Virus record (IMG/VR): IMGVR_UViG_3300018048_001965
Origin: an uncultured virus (IMG/VR IMGVR_UViG_3300018048_001965)
Lineage: Duplodnaviria > Heunggongvirae > Uroviricota > Caudoviricetes
Length of the DNA: 64,000 bases
Strand: one strand, 5' to 3'
In this document: positions 58,157 through 64,000 of the stretch, in pieces
Position numbering within the stretch: the stretch's first letter is position 1
Layout of the letters: each line of letters opens with the position of its first letter
Notes under the pieces: generated by a model
Databases searched by the model: none
What the model was told of the DNA's origin: nothing
The model's input: the letters and a program-made list of their open reading frames with translations, nothing else
Program-made: the position numbers and the translations under genes

Positions 58157-59531
58157 AATTAAATCTTACCAAACTGAAATTAAAAAAGTAAGTGGTAGTG
58201 ATACGTTTTGTGTTCTTCCTTGGATACACTTAGCAACTCGACCAAATGGTGATATGCGATTATGTTGTACAGCAAATGCTAGTGGAGCAGGCGAAGACCA
58301 TGAAGTTGGTTTAATAAAAGGAGACGACGGTCGTCCTGCAAACTTTGCTAAGACTACTCCTATGGAAGCGTGGAACAATCAATATATGCGTAATGTAAGA
58401 TTAGATATGCTTAACGGAAATAAACCAGCAAGTTGTATGGGATGTTATAAAGAAGAAGAACAAGGAATTGTTAGTAAACGTATATGGGAAACTGGAACGT
58501 GGTATAAAGACGAAGGTATAGATATACCAGATCTTATTAAACAAACTGAAGAAGACGGCACTGTTCCTGAACAATTGCAATATTTAGATTTAAGGCTTGG
58601 TCATACTTGTAACATTAAATGTGTAATGTGCAGTCCGCACGATAGTTCTAAATGGGTACAAGATTGGAAGCTGCTGTATCCCCAGTTAGAAAATCCTGAA
58701 GTAAAACAACAAATGGGCTGGGAGAAAAAAGAATTTAATAATAAGTGGCATGAAAAGGACACATTTTGGGGAGAGTTATATAAACAAATTCCTAATTTAA
58801 AACAAGTATATTTTGCAGGCGGCGAGCCTTTAATGATAAAAGAACATAAAATGTTTATTAAAGAAATTATCCGCCAAGGCTATCAATCTAGTATATTGCT
58901 AAGATATAACTCTAATGGATTATTAGTAGATAATGAACTTATTGATCTGTGGAGTAAATTTAGAAAAGTAAAGTTTGCAGTAAGTGTTGATGCAATAGAA
59001 CAGCGAGATGATTATATAAGATATCCAACTAAATTTGACGAAGTAAGTCGTACACTACATTTATTAGATTCAACACCTGATAATATACATGTTAGTATGG
59101 CAACCGCAGTACAAATTTTTAACATTAAACATCTACCAGATTTTATAAAATGGAAAGTTAATCAAAATTTTAAAAAAATGAATGTTGGTTTAGTTGGTGG
59201 AGTTCTTATGGGAGGCGGTTTAGTAAATATGCACTTGGTACATATACCTACATTTTTAAATATTACAATACTTCCAAAAGAAGATAAAGAAGATGTACAC
59301 CGTAGATTTGCAGATTTTAAAGAGTGGCTTTGGAATAACTATACTCAAGATGACGATTATTGGAATGTTAATCCTTATGGTTGGAGACGCTGGGAAGCAT
59401 TACTAGAACATATGGATTCGGTTGATAATAGTTATAGGCTTAGCGGTTTTAAAGAATATGTAACTAAATTAGATAAAATAAGAAATCTAAACGCCGCTTC
59501 TGTATTTCCTGAACTGGCACACTTGTTATGA
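58149..59531 (+). CDS. Radical SAM protein with N-terminal twitch domain
   Basis: FCVLPW...G..RLCC...CMGC, then CNIKCVMC and AGGEP. Confidence 0.9.
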   Translation: MDKIKSYQTEIKKVSGSDTFCVLPWIHLATRPNGDMRLCCTANASGAGEDHEVGLIKGDDGRPANFAKTTPMEAWNNQYMRNVRLDMLNGNKPASCMGCYKEEEQGIVSKRIWETGTWYKDEGIDIPDLIKQTEEDGTVPEQLQYLDLRLGHTCNIKCVMCSPHDSSKWVQDWKLLYPQLENPEVKQQMGWEKKEFNNKWHEKDTFWGELYKQIPNLKQVYFAGGEPLMIKEHKMFIKEIIRQGYQSSILLRYNSNGLLVDNELIDLWSKFRKVKFAVSVDAIEQRDDYIRYPTKFDEVSRTLHLLDSTPDNIHVSMATAVQIFNIKHLPDFIKWKVNQNFKKMNVGLVGGVLMGGGLVNMHLVHIPTFLNITILPKEDKEDVHRRFADFKEWLWNNYTQDDDYWNVNPYGWRRWEALLEHMDSVDNSYRLSGFKEYVTKLDKIRNLNAASVFPELAHLL

Positions 59532-60442
59532 AGTTAACAAAAATTATAACAACACGACCTTACAACGAATTAGATATCACATTCTGGCCAACTGATATTT
59601 GTAACTTTAATTGTTCATATTGCTTTCCGGGTAGTAAGGATGGCATATATAGATTTGAAAAAAATTTAGATATTGTATTAAACAAATTTAAAAAGTTATT
59701 TGCAGATTATTCTTCGATAGGTAAAGATAAATTTAATATTACTATAGCAGGCGGAGGTGAACCTACACTTTGGCCTATACTTGATCAATTTTGTTCTCAA
59801 ATTACATTATTAGAAAATGTAAAAATTCAACTAGTAACAAATGGTAGTAGAACTTTAAAGTGGTGGAGTAATAATGCAAAATATTTAGATAAGGTACATT
59901 TAAGTTGTCATTCTGAAGACGTTGATATAGATCATTTTATTAATGTTGCAGACGTACTTACACAAAAAGGCACTGAAGTTACGGCAATGATGCTTATGGA
60001 TGCAAAACGTTGGGATCTCTGTGTTAGTTATATTGATAAGATGCAACATAGTAAAGAACAATGGAAAATTTTAGCCAAAGAAGTAGTTGCTGCGCCTGGA
60101 CATGATATAGATAGTTATACTAATGAACAACTAGAATACATAAAACGTTCTACTAAAAGATTTGTATTTTTTGAAAAGGATATAAGCGAATACAGGACAG
60201 TAGAAAGTTTAGGATTTTATGATGACAAATCTTTTCCTGCATATAATAATACCTATATAGCAAACAAACAAAATTATTTTAAAGGTTGGAACTGTAATAT
60301 GCCTGTTGAACGGATAAGTGTCGACGCAGGACTTAATATAAAAGGAAGTTGTGGAGTAAACTTTGATAAACTAGACTCTATTATTTGCCCGCTAGACTGC
60401 TGTGATTGTCAACCTGATACACATATTACTAAGTTTATTTAA
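59528..60442 (+). CDS. Radical SAM protein
   Basis: CNFNCSYC, GGGEPT, TNG, and C-terminal GW.C...C...CP..CCDC. Confidence 0.9.
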   Translation: MKLTKIITTRPYNELDITFWPTDICNFNCSYCFPGSKDGIYRFEKNLDIVLNKFKKLFADYSSIGKDKFNITIAGGGEPTLWPILDQFCSQITLLENVKIQLVTNGSRTLKWWSNNAKYLDKVHLSCHSEDVDIDHFINVADVLTQKGTEVTAMMLMDAKRWDLCVSYIDKMQHSKEQWKILAKEVVAAPGHDIDSYTNEQLEYIKRSTKRFVFFEKDISEYRTVESLGFYDDKSFPAYNNTYIANKQNYFKGWNCNMPVERISVDAGLNIKGSCGVNFDKLDSIICPLDCCDCQPDTHITKFI

Positions 60443-61322
60443 ATTTTGTTAAAGGAATATCAGCAGCACAAGTACAAAATTTACGTGTGCAGTCTATATA
60501 CTCGGTAGGGCGTGTAAAACTACCGTTGTAAATGTTACCTAAACTACCTCCTACTCGACAAGTTGCTCTATGTACTTCACCGTCCCAATTTATCATTAAA
60601 CTTTCAATGCCAGCAGCACACTTCCATCCCTCAAATTGATTACGTTTTGTTTTAATTATGTCATTAGCATGTGCTAGTTCTTCTTCGTCAACAACACAAT
60701 TTGGTTTTGCAGTTGCATTTACACTTAACAGCCATTCTAAGTCCTGTGCATCATATCGCATATCGTCAAACCAGTCATGCTTCTCTGTCCATCTAATTCT
60801 ACGTAATGCAAACGGAATACCATACCCTACTAACCGTGCTGTTGCTTCTTTTACTCTTTTCATATGGTCATGATGAGCCATTACATTTACATGAAAGGGT
60901 ATCTTCTGTGTATTCTGCTGATTAAACCAAAGTATGTTGCCTAATGCTCTTGTCCAACTTTCGTTGTCAAAGTGTAAACTAAAAACATAATGATCAACTG
61001 GTGCTTCTGCATACCATACAGGTTTTCGTAATCCGTTAGTTGTTATATTGACCCAACTTAGTTTTGATTTTGTATGTTTAACTAATTCTTCGAAGTGAGG
61101 ATGTACTGTTGGTTCTCCGCCTGTAAAACTAATTCTCACAGGTTTATCAAATTCTTCTAATATGTCAACTGTATTTTTTAATGTATCTATATTAGTGTGT
61201 GGAGATGTCATGTCGTGTATCTCAGGAGGACAATACGCACAGTCTAAATTACAACGCTTTCCGAGGTTCCATTCAATTTTAACAGAGTCTTGATGCGGCC
61301 ACCTACTAGTTACTTTATACAT
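60435..61322 (-). CDS. Radical SAM protein with C-terminal twitch-like domain
   Basis: CNLDCAYC, TGGEPT, GWKCAAG...C....CTC. The start is probably ATG 61322 (AGGAG upstream); the track gives 61331. Confidence 0.9.
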   Translation of the reverse strand: MYKVTSRWPHQDSVKIEWNLGKRCNLDCAYCPPEIHDMTSPHTNIDTLKNTVDILEEFDKPVRISFTGGEPTVHPHFEELVKHTKSKLSWVNITTNGLRKPVWYAEAPVDHYVFSLHFDNESWTRALGNILWFNQQNTQKIPFHVNVMAHHDHMKRVKEATARLVGYGIPFALRRIRWTEKHDWFDDMRYDAQDLEWLLSVNATAKPNCVVDEEELAHANDIIKTKRNQFEGWKCAAGIESLMINWDGEVHRATCRVGGSLGNIYNGSFTRPTEYIDCTRKFCTCAADIPLTKFK

Positions 61323-62619
61323 AAGGAGCAAACTCAGGGTTAGAATCTAAAAAACTTTGATTGCGAGTCTTGTCTAAAGCACGATTAAAATTTATACAAT
61401 CTTGCCAATACTCACTTAGATCTCTTGCTTTTAAAAAATTAATGTTGTCGGCCACTTGCCTCTCAGTAATAGGTATAAGCACAGGATGATCTCGTACAAT
61501 CGGATAATCACGGAAGGTCTCTTGTATGGTTTGTAAGTTTTCAATTACTTTCTCCTTTAATGCATTAGGCAATGTTTGTGCGCTTAATGGGCGTGGATAG
61601 TTTACTCTATGCGAATAAAACACAATGCCCATTTCGTTTAAAAAGTAATCTATTACTTTGTCAATTTGCATAATATTATTTGCTTGTACAGTAAACGCAC
61701 CTACTACTCTATTTACATTAGGAAAGCTTTTAAACACTTTTACATTTTCTTCAACTTCTGTAAAATCACCATTACCTCTAATATATTCATATGTGTCGTG
61801 TATACCGTCTATGCTTACATTTACAGCAATGCTACGAAACTTAGGCCAATAGTCGTGTATAGTACGTCCGCCTTTTATGCCTAGCGTAGTGCCGTTAGTA
61901 GCATATTTTAGTTCAATGTTGTCTCCATACTCTGCAAGTCTGTCTAGTATCTTATAGTGGTACGGATCCATTAACGGCTCACCACCTGCAAATTCTACAC
62001 GTCTAAAGTGTGGTAGTAATTTCTCAAATGATGACCACCAGTTGTCTGAGTTATCAAACGGGCCAATATATTTGCCCGGAGTGTCAGTAAGTTTGTCGAT
62101 AATTGGAATTAAGATATTGTTTTCTTTTTCGTAAAAAGGCTTTACTTCATTCCAGTCTTTCCAACTAGTTGAATCAAGTGGGTTACACATTCGACATTTT
62201 AAATTACATAGATTGTTTAGTTTAATTTCCATAGTAGGAAGTTCAAACGGCATTGTAAAATCGTCTTGTAGTGCATCTAACGCATCTGGATATAAGTTTA
62301 TACGTGCTTCGGGTATTACTCCTGCTATATGACGCTGTCGTAAGCTCTCTACACCCTGATCTTCTAAATCAAAACACGGCTTGCAAACATCAGGTCGTTC
62401 GTTGTTTAACACTTGCTGGCGAACTTCTTGCATGGATTTATTATTCCATGCATCTTCTAAAGATTCGTTTTGGATATAACCGATCGGCTGGCTACGGCAG
62501 CACACTTTTATAGCACCGTCTTCTCGTGTTGCTAAACCTGTAAAAGGGTGCATACAAAATGTACAACTATTTGATTTGATCAATAGCCCATTCTCTCTCT
62601 TTACACCAAAAACATTCAT
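61315..62619 (-). CDS. Radical SAM protein with N-terminal twitch domain
   Basis: FCMHPF...G.IKVCC...CKPC, then CNLKCRMC and AGGEP. The start is uncertain. Confidence 0.9.
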   Translation of the reverse strand: MNVFGVKRENGLLIKSNSCTFCMHPFTGLATREDGAIKVCCRSQPIGYIQNESLEDAWNNKSMQEVRQQVLNNERPDVCKPCFDLEDQGVESLRQRHIAGVIPEARINLYPDALDALQDDFTMPFELPTMEIKLNNLCNLKCRMCNPLDSTSWKDWNEVKPFYEKENNILIPIIDKLTDTPGKYIGPFDNSDNWWSSFEKLLPHFRRVEFAGGEPLMDPYHYKILDRLAEYGDNIELKYATNGTTLGIKGGRTIHDYWPKFRSIAVNVSIDGIHDTYEYIRGNGDFTEVEENVKVFKSFPNVNRVVGAFTVQANNIMQIDKVIDYFLNEMGIVFYSHRVNYPRPLSAQTLPNALKEKVIENLQTIQETFRDYPIVRDHPVLIPITERQVADNINFLKARDLSEYWQDCINFNRALDKTRNQSFLDSNPEFAPYV

Positions 62620-63238
62620 TACATATTGGAACAGACTGGCCTGGTGTATATGTTAAATAATCTATTTCGTCAAACTCACCTTCGCAACTTCTAGTTAAGT
62701 TTAGTAAGTCCTTAATATTATGTTCGTAGTATTGTTTTATAATCCAGTCTTTACTAGTATACACGAAAGGATGTAAAATGTCAACCCCCATATGCTTCAT
62801 ATGTAATGGTAAAACTCCTTCGTTACGTTCAGGAAGTGCGCCGGGTATATCTATATCTGGATTTTTGTTAACAGCAGCATACCATGCATCTAAATTATAA
62901 GTATGTGCCACCCATTCGTTATGAGCTCGTAATATTATTCTATTTCCAGGTTTAAGTGCTCCGTATTCGTCGGTAATAAATGTTGTATTAGGTTCTTCCA
63001 TTTCTGGAGGAATAAAATTTTCTATATGTTCTATAGGATTTTTAAACCTTTGTCGGAACCATTCCACAACTTCGATAGCAATATACCTTTGCCATGGTCG
63101 AGTTTTCCAACAACGTATTTGTGTAGTAAAGTATATTTCTGCATTAGTTTGTGATAATATAAGATATGATAATAACGCACTATCGGCACCGCCACTTAAA
63201 CTTATTCCTATACGTTTCCAGTTTTTGCTAACATCCAT
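62567..63238 (-). CDS. PP-loop ATPase, QueC-like
   Basis: SLSGGADS PP-loop, HPF...K, and TRSC...C..CFWC.ER zinc-site pattern. Confidence 0.7.
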   Translation of the reverse strand: MDVSKNWKRIGISLSGGADSALLSYLILSQTNAEIYFTTQIRCWKTRPWQRYIAIEVVEWFRQRFKNPIEHIENFIPPEMEEPNTTFITDEYGALKPGNRIILRAHNEWVAHTYNLDAWYAAVNKNPDIDIPGALPERNEGVLPLHMKHMGVDILHPFVYTSKDWIIKQYYEHNIKDLLNLTRSCEGEFDEIDYLTYTPGQSVPICNECFWCKEREWAIDQIK

Positions 63239-63242
63239 ATTT

Positions 63243-63271
63243 TATTTACTTAAATTAGAGACATATAAATA
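63243..63271. promoter_or_regulatory. Divergent late promoters: TAAATA on - (63243-63248) and TATAAATA on + (63264-63271)
   Basis: They lie 4 nt before ATG 63238 and 5 nt before ATG 63277 respectively. Confidence 0.6.
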
Positions 63272-63276
63272 TGTTT

Positions 63277-63948
63277 ATGATAAAAGATACACAATATAGT
63301 GTTGATACAAAATTTATCGATCAAGCACTCGACACTACAGATTTTAATACAGGTAAACATACATTAAACAACCCTACTGGTGATTTTTTCTATGATCCTT
63401 GGGAAATATCTCCTAAGTACAAAGGAACAGTGTGGGATTGGATATTAAGTACGCTTAGAGAACCACACGGTGAAGCAAGAATTATTACAATGGAAAGTAA
63501 GAGTAACTATGTTGGTCATAGTGATATTGATGATAGATGGCATCTAAATCTTAGCGGAATAGATTGTTATTTAATTGACATTAGTAATGAAACTATGCAT
63601 AAATGTGTAAAAGACGGCAAGTGGTATTTAATGGATACAGGTGTTATACACTCAGCAGCTAATTTTGGTAATAGATACAGGCACCAGTTAGTCGTAAGAA
63701 AATTATTAAATAAAGTTAATATAACTGAAACTAAAACAATAAGAATTGTTCCTTTAATAAAAGATTTAGACGAAGTTCGATACGAATTTGATAAAAATTT
63801 AAGTCCTGTTTTAAATAAAGCAAATAAACAATATCAAATAAGCGATTTTAGATTAGAGAATGGATTACCCGTATTCAAGTGCGGGCAACTACTTTCTACT
63901 ATAATTAAAAATAACTTAGGTACTTGTTTAGGAATGGAGACAGAATGA
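63277..63948 (+). CDS. Asp/Asn-hydroxylase-like cupin oxygenase
   Basis: GEARII, HSDIDDRWHL, HSAANFG...R. The start is 63277 or 63271; the latter overlaps the promoter box. Confidence 0.65.
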   Translation: MIKDTQYSVDTKFIDQALDTTDFNTGKHTLNNPTGDFFYDPWEISPKYKGTVWDWILSTLREPHGEARIITMESKSNYVGHSDIDDRWHLNLSGIDCYLIDISNETMHKCVKDGKWYLMDTGVIHSAANFGNRYRHQLVVRKLLNKVNITETKTIRIVPLIKDLDEVRYEFDKNLSPVLNKANKQYQISDFRLENGLPVFKCGQLLSTIIKNNLGTCLGMETE

Positions 63949-64000
63949 AACTTTTTATCGATAACTTAGCAGATAGAATAGATCTAGATGCGCTTATAGA
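63945..64000 (+). CDS. Start of next gene (3' truncated), MKLFIDNLADRIDLDALI...
   Basis: ATGA overlap with the previous stop, GGAG SD, and the frame is open to the window end. Confidence 0.55.
   Translation, partial: MKLFIDNLADRIDLDALI

Noticed and set aside
1370..62513. Numerous 60-170 aa ORFs nested in or antisense to long genes in the track
   Set aside because: They lie within well-supported genes, lack motifs and SDs, and look like antisense shadows of codon bias.
62567..63238. Calling a 7-deazaguanine DNA modification system
   Set aside because: Only a divergent QueC-like gene is present. No dpdA, folE, queD or clear queE is in the window.
17891..64000. Interpretation as a bacterial O-antigen/capsule locus or a eukaryotic giant virus
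   Set aside because: No flippase, polymerase, transporter or obvious multi-pass membrane protein is present. The region is contiguous with tail genes and shares TAAATA boxes, SD motifs and ATGA coupling with them.
1..64000. Stop-codon reassignment, introns/inteins, tRNAs, CRISPR arrays, diversity-generating retroelement
   Set aside because: Genes tile the window under the standard code with TAA, TGA and TAG all used as stops. No gap is large enough for arrays or RNA genes, and no reverse transcriptase, homing endonuclease or intein motifs were recognised.

Overview
An AT-rich, gene-dense segment of a large (jumbo-type) T4-like tailed phage genome, in two parts. (1) About 1-17.8 kb is a + strand virion module. 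It holds the 3' part of a >3100-aa baseplate/structural protein, a small tail-fibre-attachment-like protein, three paralogous fibre/baseplate proteins (one with a tail-collar domain, one with a C-terminal chaperone-like domain) and a pair of paralogous structural proteins. T4-late-type TAAATA boxes precede these genes. (2) From 17.8 kb to beyond the right edge is a roughly 46-kb biosynthetic/tailoring island. It encodes 13 radical SAM enzymes (5 cobalamin-binding type), about 7 glycosyltransferase-like proteins, NDP-sugar enzymes (RmlC, epimerase, split HldE-like kinase and nucleotidyltransferase, cupin, HAD), a split TPP E1 alpha/beta pair, 4 SGNH-like proteins and about 9 His-triad 2OG/cupin-type oxygenases. 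It also has a class III aminotransferase, an amidinotransferase, 2 methyltransferases, a nitroreductase-like and a QueC-like protein. The best reading (inference) is a phage-encoded pathway for heavily modified glycans or surface hypermodification. Two short ORFs missing from the track were found: a 30-aa polycationic peptide and a 13-aa uORF. A symmetric palindromic promoter and apparent leaderless late transcripts were also seen. No tRNA, rRNA, CRISPR array or mobile element was recognised. All product calls come from motif recognition by eye, with no database searches.
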